This document shows positions 36,727 through 47,124 of a stretch of 47,124 bases of DNA, one piece after another (the first letter of the stretch is position 1; the number at the start of each line of letters is the position of its first letter). Source of the stretch: Octopus bimaculoides (Eukaryota). The stretch covers positions 52,299,503 through 52,346,626 of the forward strand of contig NC_068994.1 of assembly GCF_001194135.2 (NCBI RefSeq), read 5' to 3'. A model generated the notes under the pieces. It did no database searches. It worked only from the letters and a program-made list of their open reading frames with translations, and had not been told where the DNA came from. The position numbers were made by a program, and so were the translations under genes.

Positions 36727-37974
36727 ATACAAACATATATATATATCTATATATATATACACGTATGTATGTAAGTTNNNNNNNNNNNNNNNNNNNNNNN
36801 NNNNNNNNNNNNNNNNNNNNNNNNNNNNNNNNNNNNNNNNNNNNNNNNNNNNNNNNNNNNNNNNNNNNNNNNNNNNNNNNNNNNNNNNNNNNNNNNNNNN
36901 NNNNNNNNNNNNNNNNNNNNNNNNNNNNNNNNNNNNNNNNNNNNNNNNNNNNNNNNNNNNNNNNNNNNNNNNNNNNNNNNNNNNNNNNNNNNNNNNNNNN
37001 NNNNNNNNNNNNNNNNNNNNNNNNNNNNNNNNNNNNNNNNNNNNNNNNNNNNNNNNNNNNNNNNNNNNNNNNNNNNNNNNNNNNNNNNNNNNNNNNNNNN
37101 NNNNNNNNNNNNNNNNNNNNNNNNNNNNNNNNNNNNNNNNNNNNNNNNNNNNNNNNNNNNNNNNNNNNNNNNNNNNNNNNNNNNNNNNNNAAATCTGTTT
37201 CATATCCAGAATCTTTAATTCTATTCTGCTGTTAAAACTTACTTTCTTTCAAAGTCTTTTAGAGATGTAATTGAATTTACCTGTGAGTATTTGTTTTGTT
37301 TGTTTCTGTTATTTTCTCACCTTACTTCAATTCCCATCGAATATTCAGGTTGATTCAATGCAGCTTCAACAGTTAATGTTTTACTGCGCTGTAGCTTATC
37401 AAGCAGACACTGCACAAAGTAAGGAAAGAGAAATGAGAATTTCGGAAGTGATAATATTTTATAGTGAACGGCCACATAATCCTATCTGATTGAATTCAAC
37501 ACTGAAAACAGCAGGAGCACTATACGTTTCTCGTGCATTTCATTCCTTTGGCGAAATCAGTCCCCGCTTTCGGAATAATATTGGAATTATTTGTTATGGA
37601 TTCTGCCAGGTTAATTACGATTTTATTCCCTTAAAAGAAACTAGTCTGCGAAAACAAGAAATATGAAGTGGTATTAAAAAGTTCCCCCGACTAGTCATGT
37701 TTAATAGCAAAACTACCTTATTTACCTGAGTTTTTAAAACATCTCCCTCGGAATAATTATCTTGCGCAACAATATACCAGTACCCGCGTTCCTACCACTT
37801 TTGAAATCAAACTGTTTTAAAATAACGCATGTAACACTTACTAAAAGTATTGAGTGCCCTTTTTTTGTTTGTCCACACACAAACACGCGCGCACGCATGC
37901 ACACACTCGCACGCATGCACACACATAAGTACACACACACACATATATATATATATATAAGTTATACGCGCAGG

Positions 37975-38035
37975 AGCGGGTGTGTGTTGTAAGTAGCTTC
38001 CTTACCAACCACATGGTTCTGGGTTCAGTCCCATT
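37975..38035 (+). mobile_element. SINE family D, head only
   Basis: gtaagtagcttccttaccaaccacatggttctgggttcagtccca matches 3177-3222. Confidence 0.8.
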
Positions 38036-38088
38036 CCTCTATTTTCATAATATCGAGGTCTCTTTCTTTCTTTTGTTGTCCTTCCTGT

Positions 38089-38139
<51 letters not shown>

Positions 38140-39387
38140 ATATATATATATATATATATATACATAAATATATATATACATATATGTATACATGTATATA
38201 TACATATATGGATGTATATATATATATGTATTTATGTTATATTCTATACATTCATATACGTATCAAATTTGCAACATTTATATGTTGCATTCCTACACAC
38301 TAATATTTTTGTTTTTCTCTCTATATATACGCTTCTATGTTTTGCATAACAGAAGAAAAAAATTGGACATTATTACATTTTGTTTCGGATTGAATGATTA
38401 TAATTTGCTATAGGAACAATATTGTGTAGATCTCCACATCTTACGCTTAATATTTATAAGGACGTCTCCATCCTTTTTACTATCAATGTTATTGTTCGTT
38501 CACCCAGTACAACACGTTTCAACGTTAATTTGATAAATTTTGTCTTTGGGCAAATCTGTTTAGTACTAATTACAACACGTCTGATAGTGAGAAAATATCT
38601 TTTCATAGATGAGTAAACTTATCGAATGACGAATAAATGCAGAAAGGACAGTCGTTAGCCCATTGTCGCAAATATTATTACATTAACAATGTAGCTGTTT
38701 CCTTGTGGCTTTTTTACGCTTTTTTTCTCTCCTAGTTTTCTTTATCACACACTGCTTGTAATGCGTTTACTGTTTACTTGTTAATAACAGGTCTTAATTA
38801 AAAAACAAAACGATACAAAGGTAACGATTTTTATTTGTATATATATTTACTTTATGTTGCTGACAGAAGCAAATTTGTAATGTTACCGTATATTTGCTTT
38901 CCTTTGCTTTTCTTTGGAGGTAGCAAGTGTGAAATTGGACATAACATGTTGGGCGTCTAAAGTACACACACATATATATGCAGACATATATATNNNNNNN
39001 NNNNNNNNNNNNNNNNNNNNNNNNNNNNNNNNNNNNNNNNNNNNNNNNNNNNNNNNNNNNNNNNNNNNNNNNNNNNNNNNNNNNNNNNNNNNNNNNNNNN
39101 NNNNNNNNNNNNNNNNNNNNNNNNNNNNNNNNNNNNNNNNNNNNNNNNNNNNNNNNNNNNNNNNNNNNNNNNNNNNNNNNNNNNNNNNNNNNNNNNNNNN
39201 NNNNNNNNNNNNNNNNNNNNNNNNNNNNNNNNNNNNNNNNNNNNNNNNNNNNNNNNNNNNNNNNNNNNNNNNNNNNNNNNNNNNNNNNNNNNNNNNTATA
39301 TATATATATATGTATGTATACACACATACACCTATACACACCTACATATGTAATAAATATTTATCTATAATATAATCGCTTCTACTA

Positions 39388-39482
39388 TAGGCACAAGGTC
39401 TGACAATTGTGGAGAGGGATATAATCGATTACCTCGGTCCCATAAATAGAGTCAATGTTGAAGACATGAAAGGCAAAATCGC
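39388..39482 (-). mobile_element. SINE family A remnant
   Basis: aggcacaagg..ggagaggga..atcgatta..atgaaaggcaaaatcg, collinear with 43083-43190. Confidence 0.55.
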
Positions 39483-39589
39483 ATACGTATATACATACAT
39501 ATGTATACACACACTCACTCACACACACACACACACAAATATAAAAGATAAATATAATAGGTAAATAGATACATTTAGCTATGTATGTC

Positions 39590-39960
39590 GAGAGGAATGA
39601 GAGAAGTTGGAGGGGAAATAGAACGGGGGTGAGAAGGTGGTCAAAATAATAGTTGCTAGCGAGACAAAGGAATTGGATTGGTATAGGAGGAGGTGTTATG
39701 GTGAAGAAATGGGTATGAAATAGAATATAGGGGTGTGCATGGGATGGGAGCAGAGGTAGATTGGTTAGTTTTCAAAGGGGTGGGGTATTATTAAGTACTT
39801 TTTGGGAAGGCTAAGAGGAAAGTGGGATTAGTGGATTCGAAGAATTTAGAAGAAATTGGAAATGTGTGTAAGAGAAAGAATAAGAGGAGGGGGCAGTATT
39901 TTTCAAGTATTAGGTTGATAAGCTGATTTGTTTCTTAGTTTAAGGTTATTTTGGGTGAAG
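39590..39960 (-). mobile_element. Possible decayed CR1/L2-like LINE 3' fragment
   Basis: Strongly G-rich on the plus strand. Minus remnants HAHPY and NSFVS resemble the HPY..NSF.PRT..WNSLP tail. Confidence 0.35.
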
Positions 39961-39962
39961 TG

Positions 39963-40020
39963 AAGTATTTTGCTCAAGAACACAACGTACCGCCCAATCA
40001 GGAAATCGAACCCACCATCT
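39963..40020 (-). mobile_element. tRNA-like SINE head fragment
   Basis: The minus strand has B-box-like GGGTTCGATTTCC, followed by gttgtgttcttgagcaaaatactt. Confidence 0.55.
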
Positions 40021-40037
40021 AGCGTCTACGCCTTTTT

Positions 40038-40078
<41 letters not shown>

Positions 40079-40697
40079 NNNNNNNNNNNNNNNNNNNNNN
40101 NNNNNNNNNNNNNNNNNNNNNNNNNNNNNNNNNNNNNNNNNNNNNNNNNNNNNNNNNNNNNNNNNNNNNNNNNNNNNNNNNNNNNNNNNNNNNNNNNNNN
40201 NNNNNNNNNNNNNNNNNNNNNNNNNNNNNNNNNNNNNNNNNNNNNNNNNNNNNNNNNNNNNNNNNNNNNNNNNNNNNNNNNNNNNNNNNNNNNNNNNNNN
40301 NNNNNNNNNNNNNNNNNNNNNNNNNNNNNNNNNNNNNNNNNNNNNNNNNNNNNNNNNNNNNNNNNNNNNNNNNNNNNNNNNNNNNNNNNNNNNNNNNNNN
40401 NNNNNNNNNNNNNNNNNNNNNNNNNNNNNNNNNNNNNNNNNNNNNNNNNNNNNNNNNNNNNNNNNNNNNNNNNNNNNNNNNNNNNNNNNNNNNNNNNNNN
40501 NNNNNNNNNNNNNNNNNNNNNNNNNNNNNNNNNNNNNNNNNNNNNNNNNNNNNNNNNNNNNNNNNNNNNNNNNNNNNNNNNNNNNNNNNNNNNNNNNNNN
40601 NNNNNNNNNNNNNNNNNNNNNNNNNNNNNNNNNNNNNNNNNNNNNNNNNNNNNNNNNNNNNNNNNNNNNNNNNNNNNNNNNNNNNNNNNNNNNNNNN

Positions 40698-40733
<36 letters not shown>

Positions 40734-41209
40734 GATAGATATATGGACAGATATGTAGATAGATACATGGGTGTGTTTGTCTCTGTGTATGTAGATGTGA
40801 TTATGTTTCCTAAGTGAATCTATATAGACTCTGTGTGATATTTACTCCGGAATGGAAGTCCACCATTTCCAAACATTTGAAAGACAGACTTTCATAACAT
40901 GAGTACCACAATTAGTATCGGTTCGAATTATATATTCAAACCCTTATCGTTTGTATTCCATAATGGGCTGCATTTCAATACTTGAAAATATTAGAATAAG
41001 AGAATAGATGAATGAAGTAAAATAAACTAAAACATTCCATTTAACCTGAATTTCCTTTGCATAAATTAGCTGATCCAATTATTTCACGCACACAGCCATA
41101 TCAGATCTCATCAAGAGTCTCGCTTGTCGATATTTAATTACATTCAGTAACAGAAAATATTAACTTGGGTTTACCAGCCGTTGATATTACAAAAACAGCA
41201 ACAGTCCAT

Positions 41210-41241
<32 letters not shown>

Positions 41242-41475
41242 GTAGCGAGAACAATAACACCAGGAATAATCTCAGCTACAAGAACAACGAACATCTAAGT
41301 CGCATTTATAATTATATTCACGTCGATGTTATTTTAAAGACAGTATGTTTGTGCTGCTTTGAAAAGGAATTTATTGAATAACTTTATAAAAACACGCTGT
41401 TGTACAGATTCGTTCAAATACCAGATCCGTTATTGATATCTCCTCCCTCGCAAAAAGACAAAAAGAAACAACAAC

Positions 41476-41514
<39 letters not shown>

Positions 41515-42399
41515 TGGGAGTAAGTTAGAGAAAAAAAGAATTCAAATAGACACACTAACTAACGCGTAATCTCAAACACATGCATACATACTCAAACATA
41601 TTTACACACATTTGTACGCCTACATCCACCTACAATGTAATCAATATGACTATCTATCGATGACTAAAACTTTCTCTTGTTTTCACTTTGAATATTGATA
41701 TTAATGCATTGACTATAACAAATATTTAAATTGATTAAAAAAAAAAAATTCCCTGGTTCCCTTCCTTCATAATGAATGAAACGTTATATGTGGAAAATAT
41801 ATTTGATATGGATTGTTGTCTCTCTAAATATTATGAAGGAATTAATAATACTGTGCTAATAACAACAACAGCAATAACAATGACAAGAATAACCTATGGA
41901 AAAATAAAGAATCCAATCGATGAAAACTAAAACAACAAAATTAAGGTAAATAAATGCCTCAATAATGTAGTGAGCGTTGTAAAAAGTGTAAGGAAATAAA
42001 ATGAAGTAAACTAAAGAAAACACCCAGGAAACAATTATGTCTCTGAAACCTTGTCATTCAATTGAATATCACGTAAATATTAAACTTGTGTTTATTTATT
42101 GAACGCGATCAAGAAGTGTCTCTTCTTTATTTAAGACACGGAAAAGTTAAGTGAGATGAAGCTGTGAATACGATAAGACATCGGACTACAATATTAAGCT
42201 TTGTGGTTTCGCCTTACTTCGTCGATGTAGCGTAAATTTTACTCAGTATTTGTGGGAAATATTTTCAAATCTTCATAGCCATATATATCATGTTTCTGTT
42301 GCAAATACATAAAGTAGAATAGTAAGGACGGCTGCTGCACACAGTCATAAACACTGTTGTTCATCAGCTTAAAGCATTTCTATATTTCAATGACGCTGC

Positions 42400-42815
42400 T
42401 TTGACATGCTGCTCCTCCTCTGTAATACGAATCATCTCAGATCGGGAGCGTAAAGTATATCGTGTCTTCTATAGATTTGTTATGACCTTTCTCGCACGGA
42501 AAGGTCACCAGCAAGGAAAGGTGAGTTTTACAATAATTAATTCCGTTCTCCTTGCAACTGCACACCACCTGAGAACGGTGGATTGACAAAATCATCAAAG
42601 CATTGTGAAAAATCCTTTGTGGTATGTGTTTCAGCTGTATACGTTCCGATTTAAAAATTTCGCCGATGTTTGCAGTGTCTGTCAGCTCGCTCAAATCGAT
42701 AAAAAATAGTAGTACCAGTCATGAACTGGAATCGATGATATCATTCTTACCCAAGATTTCTTTGTGCTTGTGCTCAAAATTACTCCAACTCTTTCTGCTT
42801 CACTATTATTTTCCT
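42400..42815 (-). mobile_element. Possible decayed RTE-type AP-endonuclease fragment
   Basis: Minus peptide EAERVGVILSTSTKKS resembles the GVG-I-I-L-S motif of RTE endonucleases. Downstream motifs are poorly preserved. Confidence 0.3.
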
Positions 42816-42834
42816 TTTTAAATGAGTAATGAAC

Positions 42835-42900
42835 TCGCGGTCGGGAGATCGCAGGATCGAATCTCTGACCGGGCGATGTGTGTGCTTATGAGCGAAAAAC
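42835..42900 (+). mobile_element. SINE family B head fragment
   Basis: actcgcggtcgggagatcgc..gaatctctgaccgggcgatgtg..tgagcgaaaaacac, similar to 45648-45710 and to the reverse complement of 26636-26702. Confidence 0.7.
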
Positions 42901-43068
42901 ACGAGTTAAAGTGACTATGAAACGTGTCCTAGACTCAATGAACACATATATTATAACTGTATGAGGTACAAGGAGGGAACGTCTACAAGATTCCAGGATA
43001 TTTGTGTAGGAGAGACCAATCGTGATTAAAAGATATATATTAGCGACTGAGGTAAGTGGATATAAATA

Positions 43069-43284
43069 TTCTTTTCTACTCTATGCACAAGGCCCAACAT
43101 TTTTGGAGAGGGAGCCAGTCGATTAGATCGACTTCAGTACGCAACTGGTACTTAATTTATCGACCCCGAAAGGATGAAAGGCAAAGTCGACCTCGGCGGA
43201 ATTTGAACTCTGAACGTAAAGACAGACGAAATGCCGCTAAGCATTTCGCCCGGCGTGCTAACGTTTCTGCCAGCTCGCCGCCCT
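43069..43284 (-). mobile_element. Full-length SINE family A with ~14-bp target-site duplication
   Basis: Head ggcggcgagctggcagaaacgttagcacgccgggcgaaatgcttagc on the minus strand. Flanks are agtggatataaata (43055-43068) and agtggaaataaata (43285-43298). Confidence 0.93.
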
Positions 43285-43324
43285 AGTGGAAATAAATAAT
43301 ACTAATCATGGTATTAGATAGTGA

Positions 43325-43655
43325 AAGAGTTATTCTAAAATAAGGCTACTTCTATTTTAACCAATCAGCACTAGTTAAAGAAATTGATTAATTTGATTGA
43401 CAGCAATCTACCTATGTAGGTAGATCTATAAACAATCTAGCTATGAAGGTAGATCGACTGAGGTAGTATCAACATTTAATGAAGATAAATATTACTAATC
43501 ATAATACAAATAAAAAATCCAATAAAGATTTTTGCAGAGTTATTTAAAACAAAGCTATACTTCTATTTTAGCCAATCAGCGCTAATTAAAGAAATGGATT
43601 AATTCAACTGACATCAATCTATCTGTATAGGTAGATATAGATAAACATAATTTAA
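43325..43655 (+). repeat. Diverged ~115-bp direct repeat, period ~211 bp
   Basis: agagttatt..acttctatttta(a/g)ccaatcagc(a/g)cta(g/a)ttaaagaaat(t/g)gattaatt..taggtagat at about 43325 and 43536. Confidence 0.88.
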
Positions 43656-43982
43656 TAGAATTATTGTAGGTATAACATACGATACGATTCATAAATAATG
43701 ATCTCACACGGTTTGCATACGAATATAGCAATACAATGTCAGCCGTATGTCTTATAGTTATCATATATTTCTATGTATGCAGGTGATGCATATATGACCG
43801 TAAACACGTGTCTATATACATAGATATATACAGAAACACACACACATACACACACGCATACACACACATGCGTACATATATACGCATATGTTTATAAATG
43901 GTGATGTGTATATGCGTGTATACATACATTTTCATATAATGTATATACATGATTTTCACTCTCTCTTCATGTATATATATAT

Positions 43983-44037
<55 letters not shown>

Positions 44038-44702
44038 NNNNNNNNNNNNNNNNNNNNNNNNNNNNNNNNNNNNNNNNNNNNNNNNNNNNNNNNNNNNNNN
44101 NNNNNNNNNNNNNNNNNNNNNNNNNNNNNNNNNNNNNNNNNNNNNNNNNNNNNNNNNNNNNNNNNNNNNNNNNNNNNNNNNNNNNNNNNNNNNNNNNNNN
44201 NNNNNNNNNNNNNNNNNNNNNNNNNNNNNNNNNNNNNNNNNNNNNNNNNNNNNNNNNNNNNNNNNNNNNNNNNNNNNNNNNNNNNNNNNNNNNNNNNNNN
44301 NNNNNNNNNNNNNNNNNNNNNNNNNNNNNNNNNNNNNNNNNNNNNNNNNNNNNNNNNNNNNNNNNNNNNNNNNNNNNNNNNNNNNNNNNNNNNNNNNNNN
44401 NNNNNNNNNNNNNNNNNNNNNNNNNNNNNNNNNNNNNNNNNNNNNNNNNNNNNNNNNNNNNNNNNNNNNNNNNNNNNNNNNNNNNNNNNNNNNNNNNNNN
44501 NNNNNNNNNNNNNNNNNNNNNNNNNNNNNNNNNNNNNNNNNNNNNNNNNNNNNNNNNNNNNNNNNNNNNNNNNNNNNNNNNNNNNNNNNNNNNNNNNNNN
44601 NNNNNNNNNNNNNNNNNNNNNNNNNNNNNNNNNNNNNNNNNNNNNNNNNNNNNNNNNNNNNNNNNNNNNNNNNNNNNNNNNNNNNNNNNNNNNNNNNGTG
44701 TG

Positions 44703-44734
<32 letters not shown>

Positions 44735-45269
44735 AAATCTGTGTCGATTTAGATATATATATGTGTATGTGTATTCATGTGTGTATCTGTGCATGTGTGT
44801 GTGTATGTATGTACATGAATGTAAGCTTTTTTTTGCTTTTACGTTGCTGTGTATAAACATCTTTAAAAGTTTGCAGAAAGGAAATCTATCTCCAATAACA
44901 TAATTATGTTTCATTAGCATTGAAATTTTATTGTCATAAATCGTGACACTTGAAAAGGAGGTCAGAATATGTTGTATCATTAAAATTTTCTGTTTACTTA
45001 AATTCTACCTTTTGGATGTTAACAGAAGCATGATCAACAAGCAGTGAATAGATATATCTTTAGCTACGAAAAAGCCCCCACTCTCTATCAGAAAACTAAC
45101 AGCGAAAATGCCCTCAGATTATAAAATCATACTTCGCAATCTTACATGGAAATAGAATTGTTTGTACAGTGTGCTAATGAAAAGCACAACATAATGGATT
45201 GCCACGGTTAAGTTTTTTTATCGCTTATCAGTGGCAATCTGATCCAAAGAGGTCAGCAGTTTCGGTAAG

Positions 45270-45430
45270 ACGTTAAGTCGATTATATCGATACAAGTGTT
45301 CAGCTGTACTAAACTCGAAAGGATGAAAGGGGAAGTCGATCCCGGCAGCATTTGATCTCAGGACGTAAAGTCGTAAAGAACGCCGCTAGGCATTTTTTCC
45401 CTGCGCGGTAGTAATGATTCTGCCACCGCG
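45270..45430 (-). mobile_element. SINE family A, diverged copy
   Basis: aagtcgattatatcga..cgaaaggatgaaagg..aagtcga..atttgatctcaggacgtaaag..ccgctaggcattt..ttctgcca. Confidence 0.8.
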
Positions 45431-45610
45431 CTCTTTTATTTACTGTAAATATATTGTTTCAAATCTTGACAAAAGGCCAGCAATTTTAAGGAAAAGTTAA
45501 GTCGATGATATAGAGCACAGTCTTCAACAGAAAATAGTATAGATAGAGGCCGATTCATTACTATGCGTAATGCAATATAAGTTCATTAAAGTTTAGTGTC
45601 TATTATAGCA

Positions 45611-45951
45611 GCGTGGAGGCGCAATGGCCCAGTGGTTAGGGCAGCGGACTCGCAGTTGTAGGATCGCGGTTTCGATTCCCAGACTGGGCGTTATGATTGT
45701 TTATTGAGCAGGGCGTGGTGGTGAACCCTGCTGTACTCTTTCCCAACAACTTTTTCTCACTCTTTCTCCCTGTTTCTGTTGTACCTGTATTTCAAAGGGC
45801 CAGCCTTGTCACACTCTGTGTCTGAGAACTACGTTAAGGGGACACGTGTCTGTGGAGTGCTCGGTCACTTACACGTCAATTTCACGAGCAGACTGTTCCG
45901 TCGATCGTATCAACTGGAACACTCGTCGTCGCAACTGACGAAATGCCACGC
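45611..45951 (+). mobile_element. Full-length tRNA-head SINE family B with 9-bp target-site duplication
   Basis: A box TGGCCCAGTGG and B box GGTTTCGATTCC. attatagca lies at 45602-45610 and 45952-45960. Confidence 0.95.
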
Positions 45952-46014
45952 ATTATAGCAACAGAGACAAAAATCGAACTACATAGTGTTAATATATATA
46001 TATTAATAGCGGTT

Positions 46015-46196
46015 ACTAAAGTGAAAGACGGTACTAATTAGTACCAATATTGCTAGAAATAAGAGTCAAAGCAACCTCAAAAGCAACAAAGCACTATTTT
46101 AATGGGATAATACTTTGTGGCTTTTGAGTTGTTTTGACTCTTATTTCTAGCAATAGTGCAATAGTGGAATTAATTAGTACCATCTTTCACTTTAGT
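46015..46196. repeat. Fold-back inverted repeat, MITE-like
   Basis: Ends actaaagtgaaagacggtactaatta and taattagtaccatctttcactttagt. Inner arms tattgctagaaataagagtcaaa and tttgactcttatttctagcaata. Confidence 0.93.
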
Positions 46197-46253
46197 GAAT
46201 TCTGTTTGTTTGCGTCTAGGTTGTTAAATTGCTAATAAGCCACACATACAATT

Positions 46254-46317
<64 letters not shown>

Positions 46318-47079
46318 AACATATGTATAAAGCCACACGTACACACATATAAATATGTGGCAGAGAAAGAGAGAGGTGGAGAGACGCACTTGTGAGGAGG
46401 ATTATCAATTGTGCACGGCATACATAAATAGACAAGTAAACAGAAAGACCGCTTTTATCAGATATATTATATAAAGGGGTGATATAACCATTGATTAAGT
46501 AATATCCATTGAGGTAGAGATTTACGAAACAAATATCAATAGCAGGATCTAATTTGCCCATATATAAGTGATTAAATCATTTGTAAGCAAGTTCAATTTA
46601 GATATTTATATATTGAATAAAACCGTAGACACGATAATTTGTGCAGCAGACACAATGAAATCAAGTTAGACTATTGATGACGTTTTAGCTTATTGAAACA
46701 TAGTTACGAGATATTTTCGGTAGACCTTGACATTTCAAGTGGTATTTTGTTCGTACAAGCACATTGTGATCTATCTGTATACGTATTCGCAAAAATAAAA
46801 TTCACTTATGATTTATAGCTTCGGTGAGTACAGACCTATACAGATGAAAAGATGTAATATATGTGTGTGTGCGTGTGTGTGTGTAAATGTGTGTGTGTAT
46901 CAATATCACACACACACACAAACACACACATATATATATATAATACATTATACTATGTCTTTTCCTTTGTTTAGATGTTTAGTTTGTTTTAGCCATCACA
47001 ACAATAAATCATAAGTTTATGTACATCTGTATACACGTATGTAGGTGTGTGTGTATATTTATATATATAAATGTGTAGG

Positions 47080-47124
<45 letters not shown>

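Noticed and set aside
41178-41245. Poly-His/poly-Gln terminal exon (VDITKTATVHHHHQQQQQQQQ*)
   Set aside because: A (CAT)n(CAG)n microsatellite in a window full of triplet repeats, with a weak acceptor and no linked exons.
42320-42370. Hammerhead on the minus strand (CTGATGA plus a stem)
   Set aside because: No GAAA box follows the stem (GCAG instead).
42475-42520. Plus-strand exon candidate with strong AAG|gtgagt donor
   Set aside because: The peptide is unrecognised and the segment overlaps a probable antisense LINE remnant, so I cannot support it without RNA data.
45611-45690. tRNA gene
   Set aside because: The A and B boxes belong to a SINE head that continues into a repeat body with a TSD. 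There is no complete cloverleaf.

Overview
AT-rich, repeat-dense eukaryotic DNA that reads as intronic or intergenic. About 4.9 kb (~10%) is N-gap, in 16 gaps mostly flanked by microsatellites. The SINE families and microsatellite load resemble an octopus (coleoid cephalopod) short-read assembly; this is inference from recall, not a search. I cannot support any intact protein-coding gene, tRNA, rRNA or CRISPR array, and almost all ORF-track entries are translations of microsatellites or gaps. The window contains at least three tRNA-head SINE families (labelled A, B and D here; two copies have clear target-site duplications). It also has decayed non-LTR retrotransposon fragments (RTE-like, R4/Dong-like twice, CR1/L2-like, Penelope-like), a ~570-bp element embedded in a (TTA)n array, two long fold-back hairpins and several local duplications. 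The most interesting signals are a Penelope-type minimal hammerhead ribozyme motif at 26334-26379 (-) with one core mutation, a second more decayed one at 3355-3398 (-), and the 30362-30578 hairpin, whose three stem substitutions are all G-U compatible on the + strand.
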